NCBI GenBank assembly: GCA_963737635.1
Contig: CAVTTL010000001.1
Span: 2,016,001-2,080,000, forward strand
DNA length: 64,000 nucleotides
Direction of reading: 5' to 3'
Origin: an uncultured Methanoregulaceae archaeon
Lineage (GTDB): Archaea > Halobacteriota > Methanomicrobia > Methanomicrobiales > Methanospirillaceae
The number at the start of each line of letters is the position of its first letter. Position 1 is the first letter of the stretch. The notes beneath the pieces are model-generated. The model saw nothing but the letters and a program-made list of their open reading frames with translations. It had not been told where the DNA came from and did no database searches. The position numbers and the translations under genes are program-made. Positions 30,068-39,930 of this stretch are shown here, in pieces.

Positions 30068-30469
30068 TCAGATAAGCGCAAGTGCACGGTGGGCGTTTTT
30101 CACCATCAGCTCTGCAAGCAGCGGGTCGATCCCGATGGGGTCTGCGTACACGAGCGGAATGGTCTTCCCGTTAAGAGCAAACGTGCCTTTTTTCATGCCT
30201 TCGGAAAGGCCTATCTCTGAGGGAATGTCTTTTTCGATGTGGACGCCTTTTGCAAGAAAGAGCGGGACGACCACGAGCACATCGATATTTTCTTTCGAAA
30301 ACTCGGCAAGCGCATCCCTGATGGAGGGTTTATTGATGTTCATAAAACCGCATTTGACGACAAATTCTGAAGTCTGCGCTGCGATCAGTTTTCCTGTTGA
30401 TTCAATGAGCTCCTTGTTATAGGGCATGGTGCTGCCGTGGCCTACGAGTAACATTCCCTTGGTAACCAT
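30068..30469 (-). CDS. cfbA: Sirohydrochlorin nickelochelatase
   Basis: LVGHGS, VPLFLAKGVHIEKDIP (CbiXS fold); heads the cfb operon. Confidence 0.9.
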   Translation of the reverse strand: MVTKGMLLVGHGSTMPYNKELIESTGKLIAAQTSEFVVKCGFMNINKPSIRDALAEFSKENIDVLVVVPLFLAKGVHIEKDIPSEIGLSEGMKKGTFALNGKTIPLVYADPIGIDPLLAELMVKNAHRALALI

Positions 30470-30736
30470 GTATGCAACCTCAATGTGACTTTTTTATAGT
30501 TTTTTAGAAGGTTCGATGTTTTCTAAGACAGCGAACACGTGATGTATGACAAATTGGGCACTATCGTAATAATTTTTATCGTTTCGATCGCCATATTCGT
30601 GTTACTCGCGAGGAAAGACGCCTAAACTCGTGTCTACTTCTTTTCACGATAGTGCTGAAGAAATCCCATTCACGTACACTCATTTTCTCCCATAATCGAG
30701 CGTCACTGAAGGGGTAAAAAAAGAAAAAGGGAAACA

Positions 30737-31366
30737 TTAATACAGCGTCTGAACTGCAGTAAGTCCACCGGGGATCGTCCGTGTGATGGGGAGGTATGCT
30801 CCGACAGACGGTTGAAAATTAATCGAGATCTGTGTATTGGGAGTTGCGGTTGAAGGCAATCCCACCATAAGAATCATCTGAGCGTTGTTATCGAGCAGGG
30901 CGCCCGTTGTTATGTTATTAATTTTCTGTCCTATGCACCACGTCGTAGGAAGCGTTGTGGTGCTCGTATCGCCAGGACACTTTCCACCCGAATCTGTCCC
31001 TATGCCTCCATAGGTCAAATTAGACACGTGACCTCCGTTATTGTCGTTATAGGATACTACCAGTGAAGACAAGTCGATGGGGGTGCCACCTGCAGTGAGT
31101 GCCACGGTCACATTAACATAGTCAAGATGGTTACCAACGGTACCGCCAGTCATATCTGCAACACCGTAGGTGTTCCCATTTACTTCCATACTGGAACTTG
31201 CCTGGCTGACTCCGGTATGAACCGTTGACTGTGCAGTTTGGGAGGTAAAAAAACCGGCGCCAAGCACCACATACGAAAAAACGGCCGCGACAACAACAAA
31301 TGCAATCAACACAATCGCTGCTTCGAGACCGGTAAAACCTTCTTCGCATTTGTTATCATTGTACAT
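30737..31366 (-). CDS. flaB: Archaellin (FlaB/ArlB)
   Basis: Class III signal G/FTGLEAAIVLIAFVVVAAVFSYVVLGAGFF. Confidence 0.92.
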   Translation of the reverse strand: MYNDNKCEEGFTGLEAAIVLIAFVVVAAVFSYVVLGAGFFTSQTAQSTVHTGVSQASSSMEVNGNTYGVADMTGGTVGNHLDYVNVTVALTAGGTPIDLSSLVVSYNDNNGGHVSNLTYGGIGTDSGGKCPGDTSTTTLPTTWCIGQKINNITTGALLDNNAQMILMVGLPSTATPNTQISINFQPSVGAYLPITRTIPGGLTAVQTLY

Positions 31367-31604
31367 AGTCTTTAATATCGAATTCAGACACCCTAATTCT
31401 TTGCATTATCAAAAACGAGATTGTAAAATCCTTTTTTCTTTCTGGAGCGCGATAGCACCAATTTTGCAATTGCTTTATAATCTTTAGGTTTGAGTGCGCT
31501 CAATTTCGCTTTGCGGGATCACGTTTATGCGGACCCCGGACTCCTGTGTCGTGTCAGATCCAAAGAATATTTCTGATGCAACTCTCAACTGATATGGACT
31601 CATA

Positions 31605-32742
31605 ATGGATGCATTCGAACGATTCGGCCTTGTCATCAACGACCGCGTAGTAAAGACTCCTCTTGCTATAGCATCCATGGCAGGGATTGTTGACGCCAGG
31701 TATATCCTTGAACGAAAGGATCATGTCGGGGTTGCTTTCATCGGCGGCTACGCTATTGACCGGCCCACAATAGACGCGGCGCAGGAGATGACCGCCGGCG
31801 GGGAACGCAAAGAATTCCTGTACGATGACCCGGTTGAAGCATTGCGTGCCGAGATCGCCCTACTCAAAAACTCATACGTAGTCGTCGGCATCAATCTCCG
31901 TGGCAGTTCACCTGCGGCATTTGAGGCCATCGCTGATGCTTTTGGCACCGAAGTCGTCTACGAGATCGACGCCCACTGCCGGGCAGGCCCCTATGGTTGC
32001 TGCCGGTGCCGGGGAATATTATCTTAAAAATCCCGATGACCTCGTCGCAGTCGTCAAGGCCCTGAAAGCGAAAAAAGTTACCGTCTCGGTCAAGATTCGC
32101 GTGGGAGTGGCTGCCGATGACCGGGCGCTGGTCCGGGCACTCTGGAAGGCAGGCGCAGATATCCTCCACATCGATCTCATGGATGCAGGAATAGTGAAAC
32201 TCCGGCAGATCCGGAACAGCTGCCCGCTCATCCTTATCGCAAACAATGCCATCACGACCTTTGACCGGATGCGGGAGATGCTCTCCCACGGTGCCGATCT
32301 CGTCTCGCTTGCCCGGCAGTCAGATGTACCGACTCTTTCCGCGCTGGATGCTGCTATTACCCGGTACGCAGATGAAGAGGGCTGGTATAACTCCCCAAAA
32401 CAGCTCTGCCGGGGAGGAGATGTCAGGGCGCTTACGTTCTGCTGCATGCCGGTAAAAGAGTGCCCGCTTATTCCTTCACTTTCCCGTATCGGCCTCTCAC
32501 CGGAAGAGTATGTCCGGTTAAAACTGGATTCAGTAAAAGATACGCCCCTTGAAGGAGGCCCCAATACCTGTTTTGGCAGCCTTGCGTGGTGCTGCAAAAC
32601 CTCTTCTCCTTGTATGTTCCGGGACATGACCCTTACGCAGGAGCGACTCTCAAAGAAAGAGTATATGCGCCGGAAACGCGAGCTTTCAGATACCATAATG
32701 AGCCGTGTTTTCCATGACGTCACACCTGATGAGTCCGGTTGA
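31605..32742 (+). CDS. DUS-like TIM barrel fused to methanogenesis marker 9 domain, one +1 frameshift about 31982
   Basis: IASMAGI, EIDAHCR-Q, SVKIR, LHID, IANN; C-terminal KQLCRGGDVRALTFCC...CFGSLAWCCK. Confidence 0.85.
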
Positions 32743-33535
32743 ACGTGCACAGCTGGCGATGATGCTCGAGGTCACCGCATTCCCAAAGCCCGGGAACGTG
32801 GACCGGTGCCACGATTATGCAGACACCCGGCTCGAACATTTTCTTGCGTCCGTCATCTTTGCCCGGCCCGCACTTGAAGAGGCGGCATCCGGGAAAGGGA
32901 GGATCGGTGAGATCATCGGGCATGCAGTCCAGAAGACCAATGTGCACAGTGGCGGCAATACGCATTTTGGCGCGTTTATCCTTCTTATCCCACTCCTGTA
33001 CGGCGGCGATATCGAAGGTGCGAACAAGGCAGTGACCCGGACCGACGTCTCCGATGCGGTTGCGTTCTACAAGGCGTTTGCACTCACCCGGGTCCGGATG
33101 AATGAAAACGACGAGCTGGACGTGAACGATCCAAAGGTGCTTGACGAGCTCCGGGAACGCAACATGACTCTGTTTGATGTGATGCAGCATTCAGCGGCAC
33201 ATGACATGGTCGCCCGTGAATGGATCAATGGGTTTATGCTGACCCGGCGCGGTGCCGATATGCTTCACCAGATCGGCCCGGGCCGTGGGGCAATTGTCGA
33301 GATGTTCCTGACCCTCCTTGCGACCGAGCCCGATACCTTCATTATCAAAAAACACGACCGTGCGGTTGCGGAAGAAACTATGGCAAAAGCCCGCGATGTG
33401 CTCGACGGCCGGCGGGTTCTTGAAACATTTGATGCCGAATGTATCGAGACCGGCATCAACCCGGGTTCGATAGCGGATATTACGATCGCGGCTCTGTTTA
33501 TCGCGTTAGGTGAGGGATGGACATGGGACTCCTGA
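32714..33535 (+). CDS. citG: Triphosphoribosyl-dephospho-CoA synthase (CitG family)
   Basis: LEVTAFPKPGNVDR, NTHFG, DTFIIKK, NPGSIAD. Confidence 0.88.
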   Translation: MTSHLMSPVERAQLAMMLEVTAFPKPGNVDRCHDYADTRLEHFLASVIFARPALEEAASGKGRIGEIIGHAVQKTNVHSGGNTHFGAFILLIPLLYGGDIEGANKAVTRTDVSDAVAFYKAFALTRVRMNENDELDVNDPKVLDELRERNMTLFDVMQHSAAHDMVAREWINGFMLTRRGADMLHQIGPGRGAIVEMFLTLLATEPDTFIIKKHDRAVAEETMAKARDVLDGRRVLETFDAECIETGINPGSIADITIAALFIALGEGWTWDS

Positions 33536-34088
33536 AAAGCGGCATTAACGAAGTGATTGCCACAACCGCATTGAACGCGGCGCCTATCGGCATCCACTTC
33601 CGGGACAATAGGGCGAGTATGATCCTGTTCCCCGGCAGTCATACCGCCGAGAATATCGTACGCGATGGCTGGGTGGTGGCAAATATCCTCTTCGATCCCC
33701 TGCTGTATGTGCGGACCGCATTTGAGGACCTTACGCCCGATGCGTTTGTAGAAGAGCCGTGTCGGGCAGATCAATGTACCGGCTTGCCGGGGCCGAGGCC
33801 TGGATTGCGTTCACCGCGCAGGTCGAGAGCAACTCTACCGGGGCACTGACGGTCCGGCTGACACAGGAAAAAGCGATTATCGAGACGGTGGCAATCCACC
33901 CGGTGAACCGGGGGTTCAACAGCATCATCGATGCGACTGTTTACGCGACCCGGTACCGGGAGAACCGGGACCCGGATCTGAAAAAGCTGATCGAGTACCA
34001 TGCGGGCCTCGTACGAAAATGTGGCGGGAAAAAAGAACTTGAAGCACTTGGGGTGCTGATGAAGTATATCAGCGATGCCGCCACGTGA
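33523..34088 (+). CDS. DUF447 family protein, one -1 frameshift about 33758
   Basis: EVIATT, NAAPIG, GSHTAEN, NRGFNSIIDATVYATR. Confidence 0.8.
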
Positions 34089-34123
34089 AGGATCATTGTT
34101 CTCATCATCCGATACGGGAATAG

Positions 34124-34252
34124 TCAACGAGATAAAGGGCCCTTGGAGTAAGGATGAAATGGGGTATAGTTCTCCCATACCGCAGGGATAGTCAAAACCG
34201 GGCGATTCGGGCACCAGCCGAGATACCATCTGATTATGGTAGTGATGTGCAT
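34124..34252 (-). CDS. 42-aa GWCP-motif (DUF1673-like) peptide or gene remnant
   Basis: MHITTIIRWYLGWCPNRPV...; strong GAGGAG RBS; below the ORF-track cut-off. Confidence 0.55.
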   Translation of the reverse strand: MHITTIIRWYLGWCPNRPVLTIPAVWENYTPFHPYSKGPLSR

Positions 34253-34319
34253 TTCCCTCTCTCCTCATTTCAGGTCTTGTGTGTTTTGGTTGTCGTTCTA
34301 AAGCGAGTCAGATCATTTT

Positions 34320-34850
34320 TCAAACGGTATACTCACGCTCTGTAACGTCCACGGCGTTGCCTGACTGGTCGCTCATCTTGAATGCAGCCATGAGCGCCTG
34401 GTAGGCATCCTCTCCCTGAAGGGAACCCGGGCCGCTGATCGTAAAGAGCATCATGCTATTATCCCCTGAATTAGGGGACTGCATTTTCACGTTCTCTCCG
34501 TCGAGCCCCAGCGGGAAACTGCCGTCCTTGCCGGGATGTTCTATTACCAGCCAGTATGTTCCTGACGGCAGGGCCGTGGAAAACGTTAATTTACCGGTGG
34601 TATCTTCTGTTGCCGGCAGCCGTGCGACAAAGTGTTTCAATCCTGTATTGTCCACTTGGAATGCCCAGACTGCGACATTCTGGGATGGAGGAGAGAGCAT
34701 AAGCAGGGCCGCTGCCGGTATGGCCAGTATACAGATGATGGCAATGATATAAATTCCACGTCCTATCTTCACCGGAGGTGCGACAGTAACCCTATGGTTC
34801 GGGCACCAGCCCAACCACCCACGTATGACATCAGATACTCGTGTAATCAT
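34320..34850 (-). CDS. GWCP-motif (DUF1673-like) single-pass membrane protein
   Basis: IRGWLGWCP N-terminus, one TM, extracytoplasmic domain; ATGA overlap with the upstream HTH gene. Confidence 0.72.
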   Translation of the reverse strand: MITRVSDVIRGWLGWCPNHRVTVAPPVKIGRGIYIIAIICILAIPAAALLMLSPPSQNVAVWAFQVDNTGLKHFVARLPATEDTTGKLTFSTALPSGTYWLVIEHPGKDGSFPLGLDGENVKMQSPNSGDNSMMLFTISGPGSLQGEDAYQALMAAFKMSDQSGNAVDVTEREYTV

Positions 34851-35293
34851 ACCATCGCCTTCACTTTCATAAAAAGTTCATCAGCCATCTTTGTTGGATC
34901 CGCAGTTTTCTCAATTTTAAAGCCCAGTTCATTTGCATAATTCCAGAGCAGTTCGATGCACTCGGTGTACCTCTGGCATGTACCGCAGTCGCCATCATGC
35001 TCGTACCAGACCTGCACGCCGTACTTCTCTGAGACAAATATGATCGCTGCGGTCTGGAAGGGGATCGAACGGCCGATAAGAATTCCCCGTTCAGCGTTGA
35101 TCTTATCGATTGAGATCTGGTTTGCATTCGCCATCTCGCGGAGTGCCGATTCGATCTTCCCGTCCATGACAAGGAGGGCTTTGGATACAGCCTGCCGTGA
35201 AATGCCCAGAAGGTTGGCGATGGTAATATTGGGAGTGCCGCTGCGCCGCATCTTCCAGAATGCGAATTGTTTTTCATCCATGGGCAGAAGCAT
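34847..35293 (-). CDS. HTH transcriptional regulator with Cys cluster
   Basis: NITIANLLGISRQAVSKAL HTH; QVWYEHDGDCGTCQRYTEC. Confidence 0.85.
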   Translation of the reverse strand: MLLPMDEKQFAFWKMRRSGTPNITIANLLGISRQAVSKALLVMDGKIESALREMANANQISIDKINAERGILIGRSIPFQTAAIIFVSEKYGVQVWYEHDGDCGTCQRYTECIELLWNYANELGFKIEKTADPTKMADELFMKVKAMV

Positions 35294-35295
35294 AA

Positions 35296-35315
35296 GTCAA
35301 CATATGCAGGTTGAC
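35296..35315 (-). promoter_or_regulatory. Operator GTCAAC-N8-GTTGAC (copy 1)
   Basis: Perfect dyad between TTTATAT box and ATG, 2 nt from the start codon. Confidence 0.75.
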
Positions 35316-35469
35316 CATATAAATTTTCTTGAAAATAATAGATGTTCACTAAACTGCATTCTTACTGGACACGGTGCGGGCTAAAAAAGATTGTTCCCCT
35401 CATACTATTCCTGATAGAAAACCCATACCTACTCTGATCTTTAGTCTCAAGGAAAAAAGAGAGGCGCGA

Positions 35470-36558
35470 TCAATTGTGGTGGAAGTAGTTTAACACGAGC
35501 AAGGTTCCGTTTTGCGCATCGACCCACCCATCTTCCGGGACGGGGAATTCCTGTGCCCGGATTGTTTTATCATCGAACCGGACATCCCAAGCAAGAGGGA
35601 TGACGCCAGGCTCCGGGGTGAATTTGTCCTGATTGTAGATATCCATCCACCGGAGATCCGCAGATACGATCCTGAAACTGTCAGCCGATCCCGGATAACA
35701 TGCCTCGGCTTCCTGTTCAACAAGTGCTATTGCCGCGTCCCGGGAAATGGCCGGGACGGTTTGGGCCGCGACTGCATTCTCCGGAACGTACCATGTCTTC
35801 ATGTAAGAAGTGACATTACCGGTTTCTGAATCGACAGCAATGATAATGCCATCTTTGTAACAGGGAACACCATCGATGATCCTGCTATATGTAAAGAAAT
35901 AGCTGCCATCCTGAACTTTTGAATCTGTCAACTGCAGAGGAATCTCGCCATTCCGTTCCCGGATCTCGTTTTCCGCAGTCGCCCGTGCACTATCATTGGT
36001 GGTGGGGTTGGAGTTCCCCTGCTTTTCTATCACCAGGGGATTATTAACATTATAATTCATCAGATCGCCGGTATCTGCATAAAGGCTGCCAAGGACAAGT
36101 TCCTGATTGTCCTTGTACAGGACGAAGTTCCATGCCCGTACGTATTGAGACCCGTTAGAGAACTCCATGTCGACGCGGTCGGGGGAATATTGCGGGAACG
36201 CCTTTCTGGCAAAATCATCTGCCTGTTCGATCGTTATGTTTGCATCCTTTTTTCCGACAGGAGAAGAATAGTTTCCCGCTGATTCAGCAGTGAATACCGT
36301 TGTATCGTAATAGGTGAACCCGTCTATATCCGGGACGTTTACATCTTTAACCGGGACCATGTCACATTGGTTCACGACTTTTCCGGGGTTACTTGCCATA
36401 GTTGTTACCGGAGCAGACAGATTCGCCTGAATGCCGGTATCGGACTGGACTGGTTGATCGGTATCATGGCTGTTCAGTACAGTAAGAACGATGATCCCTG
36501 TTGCAATGATGACTAGCACTGCCACAGCAATTACAGATGCAGGGATTTTCTGTGCCAT
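35470..36558 (-). CDS. Membrane-anchored secreted protein, PepSY/YcdB-YcdC-like repeats
   Basis: N-terminal TM, ITIEQA, YSRIIDGVP, VDSETGNV, ISRDAA, VDAQNG; many NxS/T sequons. Confidence 0.7.
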   Translation of the reverse strand: MAQKIPASVIAVAVLVIIATGIIVLTVLNSHDTDQPVQSDTGIQANLSAPVTTMASNPGKVVNQCDMVPVKDVNVPDIDGFTYYDTTVFTAESAGNYSSPVGKKDANITIEQADDFARKAFPQYSPDRVDMEFSNGSQYVRAWNFVLYKDNQELVLGSLYADTGDLMNYNVNNPLVIEKQGNSNPTTNDSARATAENEIRERNGEIPLQLTDSKVQDGSYFFTYSRIIDGVPCYKDGIIIAVDSETGNVTSYMKTWYVPENAVAAQTVPAISRDAAIALVEQEAEACYPGSADSFRIVSADLRWMDIYNQDKFTPEPGVIPLAWDVRFDDKTIRAQEFPVPEDGWVDAQNGTLLVLNYFHHN

Positions 36559-36562
36559 GTTG

Positions 36563-36787
36563 TCAGTCCTCACCGCGGGTAGCCAGAAGCGTGGATGTAT
36601 TGTCACCCGCTTCTGCCGGGCCCCCACCGACCAATCCTGCTACCGGAACCATAGTAATCAAAATGAACAGACAAAATGCTACAAGAGCAAACAGTTTTTT
36701 TCCGCAAATATTCACTGAGCCTTTCTTCTTCATCGAGGAAATAAGTGCCCGGAATCCGAATTGCCTGTCATTCGTTATCAGGAACAT
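36563..36787 (-). CDS. 74-aa chimeric ORF (HTH-like first 12 codons plus signal-peptide-like segment)
   Basis: MFLITNDRQFGF resembles MLLPMDEKQFAF of 34847-35293; followed by KK and a hydrophobic stretch. Confidence 0.5.
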   Translation of the reverse strand: MFLITNDRQFGFRALISSMKKKGSVNICGKKLFALVAFCLFILITMVPVAGLVGGGPAEAGDNTSTLLATRGED

Positions 36788-36789
36788 AT

Positions 36790-36809
36790 GTCAACGTATA
36801 CGTGTTGAC
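36790..36809 (-). promoter_or_regulatory. Operator GTCAAC-N8-GTTGAC (copy 2)
   Basis: Same dyad, same spacer length and same 2-nt distance to ATG 36787; TTATATA box immediately upstream. Confidence 0.75.
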
Positions 36810-36941
36810 TATATAATAGTTTTCAAATTCGATTCCGATAACAGGACTGCGTAAAGAAAATCGATGAAAAAGAATTTTCCTGACTTATAGCAAGGAGAAA
36901 TTATTCCACGTTCTGACAAGGTATCAGAGCTTCGGAATGTA

Positions 36942-37937
36942 TCAGCACACCCGGGGCACAGGGTCGCCCATAGGAGGTTCAATGAATCGCTCGCCCCCGA
37001 TCGCTGTCTCCATGATCACGTGGGACCCGTTGACAACCCTTCCTACAATCGCGGCGTCCTTCCCGTACCGGTGTGAGCGGAGTGCGGCGAGGATCGCATC
37101 CGCATCGGCAGCAGGCACTCCCATTACCACTTTGCCTTCATTTGCCACTTCGAGCGGGTCGATGCCAAGCATACCGGCGGCACTTTTGACGCTTCTGCGA
37201 ACCGGGATGTGTTCCTCCTCGATCCTGACCTGCACATGGCCCTTTTTTGCCATCTCGTTGATGGCACTGGCAAACCCCCCCCGGGTCGGGTCTTTCATCG
37301 CGTGGATGGTACCGGCATCAAGGACACCTTCCATCATGCCCCAGAGCGGCGAAACATCGGACAGGATCTGTTCACCCAAGTCAAAGCCCTCGCGGTGGGC
37401 CATGATCGCAATACCATGATCGCCAAGGGTTCCTGAGACAATGATTACATCCCCGGGAACAAGGCCGTTGTCCCGCACGATGGTCTTTGCAACGCCGATC
37501 CCGGCGGTGTTGATCACAATCCCGTCAAGCGAGCATCGCTCGACAACTTTGGTGTCTCCCGTGACCATGCTTGCCCCGGCTTCCCCAAGCGCCTCATCCA
37601 TAGAGCAGACAATACGTTCGAGATAGGCGATATCAAAGCCTTCCTCGATAATCATCCCGCAGGAAAGTGCGATGGGGCGCCCACCCATCATGGTAAGGTC
37701 GTTTACCGTCCCGCACACGGCGATCCTGCCAATGTCGCCTCCCGGGAAAAAGATCGGGCGAACGACATGGGAGTCCGTCGTAAAGACGATGTTGGTACCA
37801 TTGACCGGAATCACGGCCCCGTCGTCAAGGGACTCAAGCCCTATACCACCGGCATTGTTGTGGGAGAATTTCGTGAGCGTCTGCAGGAGCTCGCCCATGA
37901 CCTCTCCCCCGGCGCCATGCATCAGGTTGACTTTCAT
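36942..37937 (-). CDS. hypE: Hydrogenase maturation protein HypE
   Basis: HGAGG, TTDSHVV, GDTKVV, DPTRGG, ANEG, C-terminal PRVC. Confidence 0.96.
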   Translation of the reverse strand: MKVNLMHGAGGEVMGELLQTLTKFSHNNAGGIGLESLDDGAVIPVNGTNIVFTTDSHVVRPIFFPGGDIGRIAVCGTVNDLTMMGGRPIALSCGMIIEEGFDIAYLERIVCSMDEALGEAGASMVTGDTKVVERCSLDGIVINTAGIGVAKTIVRDNGLVPGDVIIVSGTLGDHGIAIMAHREGFDLGEQILSDVSPLWGMMEGVLDAGTIHAMKDPTRGGFASAINEMAKKGHVQVRIEEEHIPVRRSVKSAAGMLGIDPLEVANEGKVVMGVPAADADAILAALRSHRYGKDAAIVGRVVNGSHVIMETAIGGERFIEPPMGDPVPRVC

Positions 37938-38278
37938 GGGGAGTCAGCCACCTCGATCTCGACATTGGTAACGACAATTTCGCGACCACGCACGACTTCC
38001 GGCAGCTTGCCGCAGCGGGGACAGATATAAATTTCGTTTCCTTCATACCCGCAGGGACATTTCGTTTCCGGTTCTACTTCAGTGCAATCGAGAACTGCTG
38101 CGGTAAAGAGCGGGTCGTCCTCTTTTATCGTATCAAACAAAAATATCACCTGTTCGGGATTGACCATGGCCATCTTTCCTACATCGACCCGGATCTTTTT
38201 TACCTGTGTGGCATGGTGATCGAGTGCTGCTTTTTTAGCGGTTGCATACAGGTCGTAGGCGATGCTGTATTCGTGCAT
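37934..38278 (-). CDS. hypA: Hydrogenase nickel chaperone HypA
   Basis: MHEYSIA N-terminus, CPCG and CPRCG, GRE. Confidence 0.93.
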   Translation of the reverse strand: MHEYSIAYDLYATAKKAALDHHATQVKKIRVDVGKMAMVNPEQVIFLFDTIKEDDPLFTAAVLDCTEVEPETKCPCGYEGNEIYICPRCGKLPEVVRGREIVVTNVEIEVADSP

Positions 38279-38502
38279 CACTCCTCCAGCGCGGCATAGA
38301 CCTGCCTGAAGATCTCCCTCGTCTCCAAGCCGTCCTCGCGGGAGAGGCGCTGGATCGCAAACCCCACGTGAACGAGCACGAACTCTCCGATCTTGACATC
38401 AACGAGATCGAGCCGGACCTCCTGTTTGAGGTCGCCATAGTCCACGACCCCGATATTCCCCTCTTTGATCTCCAGAACTTCCGCAGGAACTGCAACGCAC
38501 AT
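38278..38502 (-). CDS. hypC: Hydrogenase chaperone HypC
   Basis: MCVAVPA, VLVHVGFAI. Confidence 0.95.
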   Translation of the reverse strand: MCVAVPAEVLEIKEGNIGVVDYGDLKQEVRLDLVDVKIGEFVLVHVGFAIQRLSREDGLETREIFRQVYAALEE

Positions 38503-38662
38503 CGATGATCCACACCAGTATTCGGTTATGTACTATAGATTTTTCATCTTCATAAAAACAGTGATATGGTTATTGGAGCCGTTGTCCCTTTATCCCGGTG
38601 CAGTGATAGTGATACAGCATAGGAAGATCGTAGCCGGAAAAGAGGAGAAACAGCGCTGATTA

Positions 38663-38747
38663 CGCCGGGGAAGAGATTTGAACTCTTGAGGTGCAGGGCA
38701 CCAGTGGCTTTCAAGGCCACCGCCTTACCGGACTAGACTACCCCGGC
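38663..38747 (-). tRNA. tRNA-Ser (TGA)
   Basis: GCCGGGG acceptor stem, GTGGC-CTTGAAA-GCCAC anticodon arm, long variable arm, GTTCAAATC T-loop. Confidence 0.95.
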
Positions 38748-38874
38748 ATGTGTTTCTACTCTTTTGGCGGTGCAATATAAAAAAGGCTTCTTTACCTGAT
38801 GTTTGCAGTTCTTTTATTTGTAAGGAAGTGTGGTTCACCCAGACGATCTTCTTCATCTATGTAGAGGATCAAGT

Positions 38875-39873
38875 ATGTGGCTGGCAATGAATCCCGAAAA
38901 CCAGAAAAAACCGATCGCGTGCTGGCGTGGCAAGGAGCGGTATAACGGCGGGGTGCTCGAATGCCTGACGATTATCTTTGAGTCCGGCGGTTGTTCGTGG
39001 GCACGGTGCCGGATGTGCAGTTACCGGTTCGAAAGGTTCAGGACACAGACCTGCGGGGAACTTGCCGGGCATCTGTGTGCCCAGCTGGCCTGGGTGCGGT
39101 CGCAGTTCAGTCTTGACGAGTTTTCGATGATCAAGATCTTCACGTCGGGAAGTTTTTTCGATCCGGAAGAAGTTCCTTTAGCATTCCAGAACGAGGTTGC
39201 ACAGGTGTTCCGGGGAAAAATTGTTATCGCCGAGAGCAGGCCGGAATATGTCACCTGCGAGACCATCGAACCTTTTCTCGCCGAACTTGACGATGGTACT
39301 CACGCAACGCCTCTCTATTGTGCTATTGGCCTTGAAACAACAAGCGATCCTATCCGGGAGAAATGCATCAACAAAGGGTTCACCTACGCGGATTTTGCCA
39401 AGGCCGCAGCGACTGCCCATGCTGTTGGGGCCGGGGTAAAGGCATATCTCCTTTTCAAGCCGCTGTTCCTTACTGAAGCCGAGGCTGTAGCCGACATGAA
39501 ATCATCGCTCGCAGAACTCTCCGGGCATGCGGAGATGGTCTCGATGAATCCCTGTACGGTCCAGAAAAGGACTGAACTTGAACTGTACTGGCGACGAGGA
39601 GAATACCGGCCTCCGTATTTGTGGAGTGTTCTTTCAATTCTAAAAGATGCACCGGTTCACGTGACCTGTGATCCTCTAGGCGGAGGCCAGAAACGGGGAC
39701 CGCACAACTGCGGGACGTGCGATTATGAGATCACCCGGGGGATACGGGACTATTCCCTTACGGCAGATCGCGATCTTATCAGTGCACTGCTCGATATGGA
39801 CTGTGGATGCAAGAACGAGTGGGAGTTCGTGCTCGCCCGGGAGCAACCGTATTGCATGCCACTTACGAGATGA
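38875..39873 (+). CDS. Archaeosine biosynthesis radical SAM protein RaSEA
   Basis: GCSWARCRMC, KIFTSGSFFD, ESRPEY, IGLET, YRPPYLWS, RGPHNCGTC. Confidence 0.88.
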   Translation: MWLAMNPENQKKPIACWRGKERYNGGVLECLTIIFESGGCSWARCRMCSYRFERFRTQTCGELAGHLCAQLAWVRSQFSLDEFSMIKIFTSGSFFDPEEVPLAFQNEVAQVFRGKIVIAESRPEYVTCETIEPFLAELDDGTHATPLYCAIGLETTSDPIREKCINKGFTYADFAKAAATAHAVGAGVKAYLLFKPLFLTEAEAVADMKSSLAELSGHAEMVSMNPCTVQKRTELELYWRRGEYRPPYLWSVLSILKDAPVHVTCDPLGGGQKRGPHNCGTCDYEITRGIRDYSLTADRDLISALLDMDCGCKNEWEFVLAREQPYCMPLTR

Positions 39874-39930
39874 GCATTCTCATAAATTTATCTAAAAAAG
39901 AGATTTGGGCTTTTCCAAAGAACAATCTTC

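Noticed and set aside
30543-30572. GTATGA half-site upstream of cfbA (NikR-like or cdrS-box-like)
   Set aside because: The second half-site is poor and the spacing is off; compatible with chance.
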